64,000 nucleotides of DNA from an uncultured Roseburia sp. (GTDB taxonomy: Bacteria; Bacillota; Clostridia; Lachnospirales; Lachnospiraceae), in contig CANSKO010000009.1 of NCBI GenBank assembly GCA_947647505.1, positions 20,119 through 84,118 of the forward strand, written 5' to 3'. The notes below the pieces were generated by a model. The model searched no databases. It saw nothing but the letters and a program-made list of their open reading frames with translations, and was not told the origin of the DNA. The position numbers and the translations under genes were made by a program. Numbering within the stretch: position 1 is the first letter of the stretch; each line of letters starts with the position of its first letter. This document shows positions 9,781 to 19,357 of the stretch, piece by piece.

Positions 9781-9809
9781 TTGAATTTATAGCGTAAATC
9801 GTATATAAT
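9781..9809 (+). promoter_or_regulatory. sigmaA-type promoter of the DUF5717 operon
   Basis: TTGAAT-17 bp-TATAAT; overlaps a divergent candidate promoter (minus TTGCTT-16 bp-TATAAT at 9845-9818). Confidence 0.6.
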
Positions 9810-9863
9810 TATCTGTAATTATAATCATTTTGCAGGAAAAAGCAACAGGAAGCGGGAGGCATT

Positions 9864-12800
9864 GTGCGTAAGCGTATAGAAGAACTTGCAGAAGGCAGGG
9901 TAGAATGTGCCGTGCCTGTCATAGAATTTTCTGTCAGCAGGATTGAAATTGAAGTTCTGGAAGAAGAGGATTACAGGGGAGAGTTTACCATTACAGGCAA
10001 AAACCAGATTCCACTGCGTGGAGCCGTTTCGTCTTCCAGCCCGCGGATTACATGTCTGACGGAGGAATTTGAAGGGGAAAAGATTCGGATTCGTTATCAG
10101 TTTCACAGCACAGGTCTGACAGAGGGGGATCGCTGGCAGGGCAGTTTTTTCATTTTGTGCGGACAGAGAGAGCATGCCCTCTCTTTTACTGCGTCCATTC
10201 TCCGTAAATATCCTGCGTCCGCGTATGGAAGCGTAAAAAGCCCCGCGGATTTTTCGGCTCTGGCGCAGAAAAACTGGCAGGAAGCGGTGCGCGTTTTTTA
10301 TGATCCGGCGTTTCAGAATGTTTTGAAAAAATGTGATGTGAAGACGCGCCTTTTGTATGCAGGACTGTTCGACGGGAGCAGGGGGGAATGGAATGTAGAG
10401 GAATTTCTTCTGGCCTGCGGTTTAAAAGAGCCTGTTTCCATTTCTGTCAGCCAGACGGAATTTCAGTTTGCGCAGGTGAGCGAGCGGACACGACAGGATA
10501 TCGTGCTTTCGAAAAGCACATGGGGATACGTCGATCTTGCCGTTTCCTGTGATGCGGCGTTTTTAAAAATAGAAAAGAGCAGGATGACGTCGGAAGATTT
10601 TCTGGGGAGCGAGGCGAAGCTTCTGTTTTACGTCTGCCCGGAAGCGATGCACGCGGGCAAAAATTTTGGCCGCATTGTCTTTGGGGACGCAACGCAGGAA
10701 ATTGCCGTGACCGTATGCGCAAAGGCGCCGGAAGCGGAGGAAGGCCGCAGCGTTCGCAGAAGAAGCATACAGAAGCTGCAAAGCGAGCTGTTAAAAACGT
10801 ATGTGGAATATCGGTTAAAGAAAATCGTAACCGGAAGATGGGCTTCCATTACCTGCGGGATATTAGAAGAGCTTGCGGCGCTGGAGCCGCAGAATTACTG
10901 GTACCGCCTGTTTCATGCGCAGACGCTGTGGACAAACGGACAAAAACAGGATGCGGAATGGATGTTGAATGAATTCAAACGCAAGTGCAGAGACAGAAAA
11001 AGCCCGCAGTGGGGCTACTATATGTATATCTGCACATTAAAGGAGCATGAGGAGCTTTACATTGACCGCCTGACGGAGGAAATCGAGCAGATCTATCTGG
11101 AACATCAGGAAAATGGGCTGCTCTTCTGGTGTCTTTTGTTTTTGCGAAAGGAATATGTTACGAGCGGCCATTTGAAAATAAAGGCTCTGGAGCGGCGGAT
11201 TATGCATGGAACGCAAAGCCCGCTTCTGTATGCGGAGGCGTATGGGCTGTATTGCAGCGAGCCGTATCTTTTGTGCCAGCTTGGAGAGTTTGAATTTCGG
11301 ATTTTAAACTGGGCGCGCAGACAGAAAATGCTGACGAAAGCGCTGGTGGAGCAGATTGTGTCGGTATTTCCGGAACGCATTGCGTTTCGGGAGACGGTGT
11401 TTGCGCTTCTGGCGGACTGTTACGATTTGATGGACTGCGCCAGAGAGCTGATCTATGGCGAAAAGATGTCGGAGGATAAACGCGTGCTGGCTGCAATCTG
11501 CGGATATTTGATTCGCAATCAGAAATATGGGGAGCGTTTTTTTCACTGGTATGCGCTGGGCGTAAAAGAAAAGCTTCGCATTACGGGTCTGTATGAAGCG
11601 TATCTGATGTCGATGGACGCAAAAGGCGTACAGGAAGTGCCGCAGATCATTCAGATGTATTTTAAATACAATAATCAGCTGGGCGCAAAGCAGAAAGCGA
11701 CGCTGTATGTCAATGTGATCGCTGCAAAAGAGGCGCAGCCCAGGACATTTGCGCAACGCTATCCGGCGATGGAAAAATTTGCATTTGAACAGATGGAAGC
11801 GGGGCGCATGGATCAGAATCTGGCGGTGATTTACAAAGAAGTTCTGTCGCGCGGCATCTATTCGCCGCAGATATCGGACGCGCTTTCCGATGTTTTGTTT
11901 TTGCACAGACTGACCTGTATGCATCCCCATGCATGGCGCGTTATTGTGTATCAGGAACAGATGCAGCGTCCGACGATCGCCGCGTTTGTCGATCATGTGG
12001 CCTGTTTTCCGCTGTATTCCAATGCATATTGCATCTTCATCGAGGATCGCAGCGGGCGGCGTATCTGCGCCGGCATAGAGTATCAGCTGGAAAAGCTGAT
12101 GCAGCCCGGCAGATATATCAGGGCGTGCAGGAAATATTCTCCTGGAAAGCTGCCGTATCTTCTGTATTATTTTGCAAGCCGGAAAGAGCAGACGGTTTTT
12201 GCGGAAGAAGATGCGGGGTATTTTCGAACCGTTCTGGAAGCGGACGAGGTGAGAGATGCATACAAAGCGGAGCTGCTTATGAAACTGCTCGCGCTTTTGC
12301 ATGCGCTTGGACGGACGGAAGAGCTGGAACGGGAGATGGCCCGGATGGATGTTTCTCTGTTGTCCGGCGAGCAGCGGGGAGCATTGCTTAAGATTTGTCT
12401 GGAACACAGGCTTTGGGAAGCGGCATATCGCATGGCTGCGTCATATGGATGCAAACAGCCTGCGCCAAAAGAGAGCCTGCCGCTTCTGGAGGATCGCATA
12501 CATCGTACGCATGGCGCAGAGGAGAGCGTTTTGCTGCACTTATGTGCGGAAGCTTTTTTTGCCGGCGTATACAGCGATGAAACGCTGCGCTATCTTTGCC
12601 GGCATTATCATGGCCCGCTCCGGCAGATGAAGGATTTGCTGCATAAAGCAAGGGAGCTGGGCGTTGACGCGGCAAAGCTTGCCGGGCGCATTCTGGTGCA
12701 GATGCTTTATACGGCGGAGTTTTCCGAGGATATCGGGGAAATTTACAGATGCTGCGAGGCGGAAATCGACGGGAGGGTCAAACAGGCGTACCTGACCTGC

Positions 12801-13436
12801 TTTTCCAGCTACAGGCTTGTGGAAGGCGCGTCGCTGCCGGACGGCTTTTTTAAAGCGCTGCAAAACTGGCGGGCCGACGGCAATGCGTTGAATCCGATCT
12901 GTGGGCTTGCGCTGCTGCAATATTACGCCCTGCTGCCATCGCTGGAAGAAAAAGAAGAAAAGCAGGCGGAGGGACTGATACAGACGTATTTGTTTCAGGG
13001 CATGTGTTTTTCTTTTTTCAGAAATTTCGGACAGGATCTTCTGGTCAGATATCAGCTGTATGACAAATATTTTATCGAATATCAGACAAGAAAGCCCGGT
13101 CCGGTCTGGGTGCGGTATAAAAAGAAAGAAGAGGCGTCGTATGTCACCGGCGAGATGACGGAAGCATGCGAGGGCATGTTTGTAAAGAAAATGATTCTTT
13201 TTTATGGAGAAGAAGTCGTTTACGATATTTTAGAAGAAGCAGACGGGAAAAAGGAGGTTGTCCGACACGGAGAAATCCACTGTAGTTTTCGGAAGAAGGG
13301 CTTTGGCCGTTATGACAGGCTGAATGAGATGACGGCGCTTCTGGCAGAGGGGAATGCGTCAGAGCTTGCTGTAAAAATGGACGAATACAGACAGCTGGAT
13401 GGCCTGGTGGACGAGATGTTTACAGCACTTGCATAG
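9864..13436 (+). CDS. DUF5717-like large protein (two N-terminal Ig/BACON-like domains, long helical region, C-terminal beta domain)
   Basis: 1190-aa ORF, GGGAGG RBS + GTG; no signal peptide; LRITGLYEAYL and ILFYGE motifs recalled for this family. Confidence 0.75.
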   Translation: MRKRIEELAEGRVECAVPVIEFSVSRIEIEVLEEEDYRGEFTITGKNQIPLRGAVSSSSPRITCLTEEFEGEKIRIRYQFHSTGLTEGDRWQGSFFILCGQREHALSFTASILRKYPASAYGSVKSPADFSALAQKNWQEAVRVFYDPAFQNVLKKCDVKTRLLYAGLFDGSRGEWNVEEFLLACGLKEPVSISVSQTEFQFAQVSERTRQDIVLSKSTWGYVDLAVSCDAAFLKIEKSRMTSEDFLGSEAKLLFYVCPEAMHAGKNFGRIVFGDATQEIAVTVCAKAPEAEEGRSVRRRSIQKLQSELLKTYVEYRLKKIVTGRWASITCGILEELAALEPQNYWYRLFHAQTLWTNGQKQDAEWMLNEFKRKCRDRKSPQWGYYMYICTLKEHEELYIDRLTEEIEQIYLEHQENGLLFWCLLFLRKEYVTSGHLKIKALERRIMHGTQSPLLYAEAYGLYCSEPYLLCQLGEFEFRILNWARRQKMLTKALVEQIVSVFPERIAFRETVFALLADCYDLMDCARELIYGEKMSEDKRVLAAICGYLIRNQKYGERFFHWYALGVKEKLRITGLYEAYLMSMDAKGVQEVPQIIQMYFKYNNQLGAKQKATLYVNVIAAKEAQPRTFAQRYPAMEKFAFEQMEAGRMDQNLAVIYKEVLSRGIYSPQISDALSDVLFLHRLTCMHPHAWRVIVYQEQMQRPTIAAFVDHVACFPLYSNAYCIFIEDRSGRRICAGIEYQLEKLMQPGRYIRACRKYSPGKLPYLLYYFASRKEQTVFAEEDAGYFRTVLEADEVRDAYKAELLMKLLALLHALGRTEELEREMARMDVSLLSGEQRGALLKICLEHRLWEAAYRMAASYGCKQPAPKESLPLLEDRIHRTHGAEESVLLHLCAEAFFAGVYSDETLRYLCRHYHGPLRQMKDLLHKARELGVDAAKLAGRILVQMLYTAEFSEDIGEIYRCCEAEIDGRVKQAYLTCFSSYRLVEGASLPDGFFKALQNWRADGNALNPICGLALLQYYALLPSLEEKEEKQAEGLIQTYLFQGMCFSFFRNFGQDLLVRYQLYDKYFIEYQTRKPGPVWVRYKKKEEASYVTGEMTEACEGMFVKKMILFYGEEVVYDILEEADGKKEVVRHGEIHCSFRKKGFGRYDRLNEMTALLAEGNASELAVKMDEYRQLDGLVDEMFTALA

Positions 13437-13475
13437 TGTGCGCATAAAGAGCGCGTAAAAGAGCGGAGAAGAGGT

Positions 13476-14693
13476 ATGGCAGAACGTTATATCGGGATTG
13501 ATTTGAATGAAAAATATGCAATGGTCAGCTATTATGCAAAGGGCATGTCGGAGCCGGGCACGTTCAGCGCGGTTACGGGAAGCGAAGTGTATAAAATTCC
13601 GTTGTGCATTTTAGAGCAGGACGGACGCTGGCAGTATGGCGAAGAGGCGAAAAGGCGCGCGAACGAAGAAGGCGTTCCCTGTGTGGACGGTCTGTGGAAA
13701 CGGGCGCTGGCGCAGGAGAAGGCGGAGCTTTCCGGGAGCGTCTATGCCGCGTCGGAGCTGTTGTTTCGTTTTCTGAAAAAGCTGCTTGGTCTGCCGCCGC
13801 AGGGCGCGGGAGACGTTTTGCCGGATAAGCTGGCTATTGCTACGGAGAATATGGGTTCAGAGCACAGAAAGCTGCTGCAATCGTTTGCAGACTGGGTGGG
13901 ACTGCCCTCAAAACGGTTGATTTTGCTGGATTACCGGGAGTGCTTTTATTATTATGCATTGAGCCAGCCGGCGGAGATGCATCGTTATGATGCGGCAATG
14001 TTCTATTACACGGTAGGAAAGCTGATCGGCTTTCGATTGAGCTGCGACAAAAAGACGACGCCGCAGGTTGTAACGATCGAAGAAAATCGTTATGAAGCGA
14101 TTTTTGACGACCGGGATAAGGCGTTTGCGGAGATTGCGGAGCAATCGTTTGCGGGGAAAATGATTTCGTCCGTTTATCTGATCGGAGACGGGTTCGACGG
14201 AGGATGGATGGAAAAAGCGCTTGCTGTTATCTGTCGCGGACGGCGGGCGTTTATGGGGAAGAATCTGTTTTGCAAAGGCGCCTGTTATGGCGCCGCGGTA
14301 AAATCCGGCCAGGCAGTCTGGAATTATGTATATCTGGGAAATAATGAGCTTAAGGTGAATGTGAGCCTGAAAGTGGAAGATCATGGGAAGTCGGAATTCT
14401 TATCCCTGATTACGGCCGGAGAGAACTGGTACGAGGCGGGGAAGGAATGTGAAGTGATTTTGAAAGGAGAGCCGTCGGTAGATTTCTGGTTTCAGCCGCC
14501 GAAGAGCCGTGAGGCCGTCGTGCGTTCGTTAAACCTGACCGATCTGCCCAGGCGGGAGGAGAAAACGACGCGCCTCCGGATTACCGCAAAGCCGCTTTCG
14601 GCGGATAAAATCCGGTTTTCCATTCTGGATATGGGATTTGGAGAAATCGTCCGAAGCTCAGAAAAGGTCTGGGAATACGAGATTACCTTATAG
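13476..14693 (+). CDS. DUF5716-like protein, divergent Hsp70/actin fold
   Basis: YIGIDL, SSVYLIGDGF, KGACYGA; C-terminal LPRREEKTTRLRIT...DMGFGE resembles the Hsp70 SBD-beta. Confidence 0.75.
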   Translation: MAERYIGIDLNEKYAMVSYYAKGMSEPGTFSAVTGSEVYKIPLCILEQDGRWQYGEEAKRRANEEGVPCVDGLWKRALAQEKAELSGSVYAASELLFRFLKKLLGLPPQGAGDVLPDKLAIATENMGSEHRKLLQSFADWVGLPSKRLILLDYRECFYYYALSQPAEMHRYDAAMFYYTVGKLIGFRLSCDKKTTPQVVTIEENRYEAIFDDRDKAFAEIAEQSFAGKMISSVYLIGDGFDGGWMEKALAVICRGRRAFMGKNLFCKGACYGAAVKSGQAVWNYVYLGNNELKVNVSLKVEDHGKSEFLSLITAGENWYEAGKECEVILKGEPSVDFWFQPPKSREAVVRSLNLTDLPRREEKTTRLRITAKPLSADKIRFSILDMGFGEIVRSSEKVWEYEITL

Positions 14694-14717
14694 AAACGAT
14701 GCAAAGGAGAGAGTGCG

Positions 14718-15410
14718 ATGGGGGAATTGCTTCTGTGCAGCCACGGCCTGGCTTATGTGCCGTATTATATTGAAACGATAGCGCTCAACGTATATTCTCT
14801 GGAAGAGCTGTGCTGTTATATGGTGCAGAATATGGATCTGCTTGGACCGTCGTTTATGGAGGATGAGCTGATTGAGTGGATCGACGCAGAGTTAGAGATG
14901 CATGCGCTTGCCGGGCGGCTGCGCGATTTAAAGTCAGATGGAATGCGGCTTTCGGCATTTGTGACGACGCTGGCGGAAAGCTGCAACTATTGCAGCGGAG
15001 AAGAGATTTCCAGCATGCAGAAGGTTCTTCTGGAATATGAAAATAAAAGCGAGACAGAGTGCAGAAAAATCCGGGCGGACCGGCTGCTGCAGAAGAAGCG
15101 GTATGGAGCGAGCATTCTGGAGTATCGAAAATTACTGGAGGTGCCCGGCGTATGCGGGGCGCTGGCGGGGAATATCTACCACAATCTGGGGACGGCGTAT
15201 GCGGGACTGTTTTGTTTCTGGGAAGCTGCGGACTGTTATGGAAAAGCGTATGAGCGGAACCGGAATCCTCTGTCATTGCAGCAGCAGCAGTCGGCGCTTA
15301 TGCTGGCCGAAGATACGCTGCCAGATCAAAAAGAGCAAAAAGACGACGGCGTGCCGCCGAAGGAGTTATTGAGGCGATGGAAAGAGGCATACATAAAGGG
15401 TTGTAAATAA
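14718..15410 (+). CDS. TPR-containing hypothetical protein
   Basis: IYHNLGTAYAGLFCFWEAADCYGKAY TPR consensus; RBS AAGGAG. Confidence 0.75.
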   Translation: MGELLLCSHGLAYVPYYIETIALNVYSLEELCCYMVQNMDLLGPSFMEDELIEWIDAELEMHALAGRLRDLKSDGMRLSAFVTTLAESCNYCSGEEISSMQKVLLEYENKSETECRKIRADRLLQKKRYGASILEYRKLLEVPGVCGALAGNIYHNLGTAYAGLFCFWEAADCYGKAYERNRNPLSLQQQQSALMLAEDTLPDQKEQKDDGVPPKELLRRWKEAYIKGCK

Positions 15411-15423
15411 AAAGAGGTGAAAC

Positions 15424-16602
15424 ATGGGATTTTTCAGAAGAAGAAAAAAAAGGCTGGAAACGGAGCGCATTCGTCAGGAAAATCCGGCTGTTGGAGCAGA
15501 GGAGCTTTTAGAGGGCGCCGCATATGATAAGAAAAAGCTGCAGGAATATATTCTAAACTGCTGTGGACAGATTGCGGAAGATGGCAGGGAGATGGAAGAA
15601 GAGCAGGCGGAGTACCGGATTGTCACAGAGTATCTGAATGATATTCAGATGATTGAAAATTTACCGGAAGAGGACATGAGGGAGATTCGCAGCGCGGCGG
15701 AACAGGTACAGAACCTGTATCGCAAGCGGCAGGAGTATCAGAATGCGGAGAAAAAAATATCCGACGTTCAGTTTGTGCAGATGCAGCGGGAGGAACAGCA
15801 GATTCCCGATGCGATCAACCGTCTGAAAGCCAATGAAGCGTATCAGGACAGCATAAAGCGGGATATGAATTATCTGGAAGGCGAAAAAACCGAATGGTAT
15901 TACAATAAATTTGATTTGAAACGTCAGCAGAAGATACTGAAGCGTCTTTCGTACATTCTGACGGGGCTTGTCGCGCTTGGCGTCGTGGGACTGTTTGTTG
16001 CGCAGACGGCATTTTCTCTGGATATGGCGTACGCATGGATTGGACTGATTCTTCTGGCGGCTCTGGGCGGTTTTGGCATCTTTTTAAAGTTCTCCTGGAA
16101 CCAGACGGAAATCAGGCGTTCGGAAGTCAATATGAACTATGCCATTACGTTATTGAACCGGGTAAAGATGAAATACGTCAGCATTACGAACGCAGTCGAT
16201 TATGCCAGAGAAAAATACCATGTGCAGAATGCATATGAATTCAATTATCTCTGGGAGCAGTATCTGAATGAGGTAAAGGAACGCGAGAAATTTCGCCAGG
16301 CCAATGAAGATCTGGAATATTTTAATGGAAAGCTGATCCGGCTGTTAAAACGATATCGTTTATACGATGCCAGCGTGTGGGGAAATCAGTCGTCCGCGCT
16401 TGTGGATCAGAAAGAAATGGTAGAGGTAAAGCACAATCTGATCGTGCGAAGGCAAAAGCTGCGTTCCAGAATTGTATATCACGTAAAAAACATCAGGGAG
16501 CGCAGAAGCGAGATCGACCGAATCCTGAAAAAAGAAAAGATTGATTCGCCGGAAATCCGTCAGATTATTGACTCAATCGACCGGCTGGAACTGGAGGAGT
16601 AA
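15424..16602 (+). CDS. Coiled-coil hypothetical membrane protein with two central TM helices
   Basis: Charged helical N- and C-halves flanking the hydrophobic hairpin LSYILTG...FLKF; RBS GAGGTG. Confidence 0.75.
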   Translation: MGFFRRRKKRLETERIRQENPAVGAEELLEGAAYDKKKLQEYILNCCGQIAEDGREMEEEQAEYRIVTEYLNDIQMIENLPEEDMREIRSAAEQVQNLYRKRQEYQNAEKKISDVQFVQMQREEQQIPDAINRLKANEAYQDSIKRDMNYLEGEKTEWYYNKFDLKRQQKILKRLSYILTGLVALGVVGLFVAQTAFSLDMAYAWIGLILLAALGGFGIFLKFSWNQTEIRRSEVNMNYAITLLNRVKMKYVSITNAVDYAREKYHVQNAYEFNYLWEQYLNEVKEREKFRQANEDLEYFNGKLIRLLKRYRLYDASVWGNQSSALVDQKEMVEVKHNLIVRRQKLRSRIVYHVKNIRERRSEIDRILKKEKIDSPEIRQIIDSIDRLELEE

Positions 16603-16608
16603 ACGGAT

Positions 16609-17073
16609 ATGACGAAACGGGAAAAAGCGCAGAATCTGTTTTTGGAAGGGTATAACTGCGCGCAGTCTGTTGCAGGCGCGTTTGCAGAGGAGATGGGGAT
16701 GGCGTTTGACACGGTTGTGAAGCTGTCATCTTCGTTTGGCGCGGGCATGGGCAGAATGCGTGAAGTCTGCGGCGCGGTCAGCGGCATGTTTCTTGTGGCC
16801 GGCGCGTTATATGGCTTCCGGGAGCCGGGAGATCCGGCGGCAAAAAAAGAGCATTATGAAAGGATTCAGCTTCTGGCGGCTGCATTTAAGGAGCAGACGG
16901 GAAGCATTGTATGCAGAGAGCTGCTTGGAGCCCTGGGAACAGACACAAATCCAACGCCGCAGGCGCGGACAGAAGCGTATTATAAAAAAAGACCCTGCGC
17001 CGCGATGGTAGGGCTTGCAGCGGAGATTTTGGAACAATATATGCAAAAAGAAGAAAGAGAGGCAGAGCTTTAA
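16609..17073 (+). CDS. C-GCAxxG-C-C family putative redox protein
   Basis: GYNCAQS, VCGAVSG, VCREL, RPC. Confidence 0.9.
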   Translation: MTKREKAQNLFLEGYNCAQSVAGAFAEEMGMAFDTVVKLSSSFGAGMGRMREVCGAVSGMFLVAGALYGFREPGDPAAKKEHYERIQLLAAAFKEQTGSIVCRELLGALGTDTNPTPQARTEAYYKKRPCAAMVGLAAEILEQYMQKEEREAEL

Positions 17074-17074
17074 C

Positions 17075-17308
17075 ATGACATTAGATCGGCTGCCCATCGG
17101 GCAGGAGGCAGTAATTACAGAAGTCGGCGGCGAAGGGGCGCTGCGTCTGCGTCTTTTGGATATGGGACTGATTCCCAAAACCCGCGTGACAGTGAGAAAG
17201 ACGGCTCCTTTGGGAGACCCGATTGAAATCCGGCTTCGGGGATATGAGCTTACGATCCGTAAGGAAGAGGCGATGAAAATCGAAGTGGAGGCAACAGAGA
17301 CAGTATGA
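17075..17308 (+). CDS. feoA: Ferrous iron transport protein A
   Basis: RLRLLDMGL, APLGDPIE, LRGYELTIRK. Confidence 0.92.
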   Translation: MTLDRLPIGQEAVITEVGGEGALRLRLLDMGLIPKTRVTVRKTAPLGDPIEIRLRGYELTIRKEEAMKIEVEATETV

Positions 17309-19311
17309 TTTTTGCATTGGCGGGCAATCAGAATTGCGGCAAAACAACGTTATTTAATCAACTGACCGGTTCCAGTCAGCATGTTGGAAATTTTCCGGGC
17401 GTAACGGTGGATCAGAAAATGGGACCGATTCGAACGGCTGCGGATGCGCAGGTAGTGGATCTGCCGGGCATTTATTCGCTTCGCCCTTACACGAATGAAG
17501 AAATCGTTACAAGGGATTTTATTTTAAATGAAAAGCCGGACGGCATCATCAATATCGTGGACGCGACGAATATCGAACGAAATCTGTATCTGACGCTGCA
17601 GCTTCTGGAAATGGACATTCCGATGGTTCTGGCTTTGAACATGATGGATGAGGTGCGGGTAAACGGCGGTTCCATCGACGTGCGCGGGATGGCCCGTGAG
17701 CTTGGCATACCCGTCGTTCCCATCAGCGCGGCAAAAGATGAGGGGATCGAAGACCTGATCGATGTGATGCAAAAGACCGCACGGGGCAAAATCCGGCCGA
17801 ACGTCCGGGATTTTTGTGAAAAGGGCGCAGTGCACCGGTGCATTCACGCCGTTTCGCATCAGGTGGAGGATCATGCGCTTCATATTGGCATGTCGCCGCG
17901 GTTTGCCGCTACGAAAATCGTGGAAGGCGACGCGGATATTATCGAACGGCTTGCATTAAGCCAAAATGAATACGATATGATGCAGCATAGCATCGAAGAG
18001 ATGGAGGCGGACCATGCAATGGACCGCAATGCGGCGCTGGCCGATATGCGCTATGCGTTTATTGAGAAAGTCTGCAGTCGGACGGTGACGCGCTGTAAGG
18101 AGAGCAGGGAGCACAAAAGAAGCGTAAGCATAGACCGTGTGCTGACCGGAAAATATCTGGCAATTCCGGTTTTTGTCGGCATTTTGCTTTTGATTTTTTA
18201 TCTGACGTTTCACGTAATCGGAGACGCGCTGAGCGTCTGGCTTGGAAGCGGCATTGACGCGCTTTCCGGCTTTGTGGAACGCGCGTTGATCCATTACAGT
18301 GTAAATCCGGTGATGCGAAGCCTTGTGATTGACGGCATATTTGCCGGAGTGGGCAGCGTATTGAGTTTTCTTCCGATTATCGTCGTGCTGTTTTTTTTCC
18401 TTTCGATTCTGGAAGATTCCGGCTATATGGCGCGCATCGCCTTTGTGATGGATAAGCCGCTGCGCAAAATCGGACTCTCCGGTAAAAGCTTTGTGCCGAT
18501 GCTGATTGGCTTTGGCTGCACTGTGCCGGCTGTTATGGCCAGTCGGACGCTTTCGTCGGAACGGGATCGGAAAATGACGATTCTTTTGACGCCGTTTATC
18601 AGCTGTTCGGCTAAAATTCCGATTTATGCCGTATTTTCGGCTGCGTTTTTTCCAGAGTATGCGGCGCTTGTCATGATTGCGCTGTATGCGTTTGGCATCT
18701 GCGTCGGGATTGTGGCGTCGCTTTTGCTGAATCGGACCGCGTTCAAAGGCAATTCGATTCCGTTTGTGATGGAACTGCCGAATTACAGGCTTCCGTCGTT
18801 TCAGAGCGTGCTGCTTCTGATGTGGGAGAAAGCAAAAGATTTTTTGCAGAGAGCGTTTACGATCATCTTTCTGGCGACGCTTCTGATCTGGTTTTTGCAG
18901 ACGTTTGATCTGCGGTTTAATGTGGTAAGCGATAGCGCGGACAGCCTTCTGGCGATGCTTGGACGCGTGATATCGCCTTTGTTTGCGCCGCTTGGGTTTG
19001 GAGACTGGCGGGTATCGACGTCTCTGATTACCGGTTTTACGGCGAAAGAAGCCGTCGTCAGCACGATGGGCGTTTTGCTTGGAACGCATACGGCGGGACT
19101 TTCCGACGCGTTAGGCAGTCTGTTTACGAGGGCGTCCGCCGTCAGTTTTCTGGTTTTTACGCTTTTGTATACGCCCTGCGTCGCTGCTGTGGCGGCCATC
19201 CGTCGGGAGATGGGAAGCAGACGGGGAGCTGCGGCGGTTGTCGTTTTACAGTGCGTGATCGCCTGGATAATGGCGTTTCTCGTCTATCAGGCAGCGAAAA
19301 TGGCGTTTTGA
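17305..19311 (+). CDS. feoB: Ferrous iron transport protein B
   Basis: GNQNCGKTT, VGNFPGVTV, DLPGIYS, GFGCTVPA, LYTPC. Confidence 0.96.
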   Translation: MIFALAGNQNCGKTTLFNQLTGSSQHVGNFPGVTVDQKMGPIRTAADAQVVDLPGIYSLRPYTNEEIVTRDFILNEKPDGIINIVDATNIERNLYLTLQLLEMDIPMVLALNMMDEVRVNGGSIDVRGMARELGIPVVPISAAKDEGIEDLIDVMQKTARGKIRPNVRDFCEKGAVHRCIHAVSHQVEDHALHIGMSPRFAATKIVEGDADIIERLALSQNEYDMMQHSIEEMEADHAMDRNAALADMRYAFIEKVCSRTVTRCKESREHKRSVSIDRVLTGKYLAIPVFVGILLLIFYLTFHVIGDALSVWLGSGIDALSGFVERALIHYSVNPVMRSLVIDGIFAGVGSVLSFLPIIVVLFFFLSILEDSGYMARIAFVMDKPLRKIGLSGKSFVPMLIGFGCTVPAVMASRTLSSERDRKMTILLTPFISCSAKIPIYAVFSAAFFPEYAALVMIALYAFGICVGIVASLLLNRTAFKGNSIPFVMELPNYRLPSFQSVLLLMWEKAKDFLQRAFTIIFLATLLIWFLQTFDLRFNVVSDSADSLLAMLGRVISPLFAPLGFGDWRVSTSLITGFTAKEAVVSTMGVLLGTHTAGLSDALGSLFTRASAVSFLVFTLLYTPCVAAVAAIRREMGSRRGAAAVVVLQCVIAWIMAFLVYQAAKMAF

Positions 19312-19357
19312 TGGCATTGAAATGGGCCGGATTTGCCGTGCATCCCGCCATGTTGCG

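Noticed and set aside
11304-12407. Long antisense ORFs (also 1382-2533, 17956-19089, 27782-28738, 31686-32636, 54861-55703)
   Set aside because: They lie opposite well-supported genes, show no recognisable motifs, and are typical codon-bias shadows
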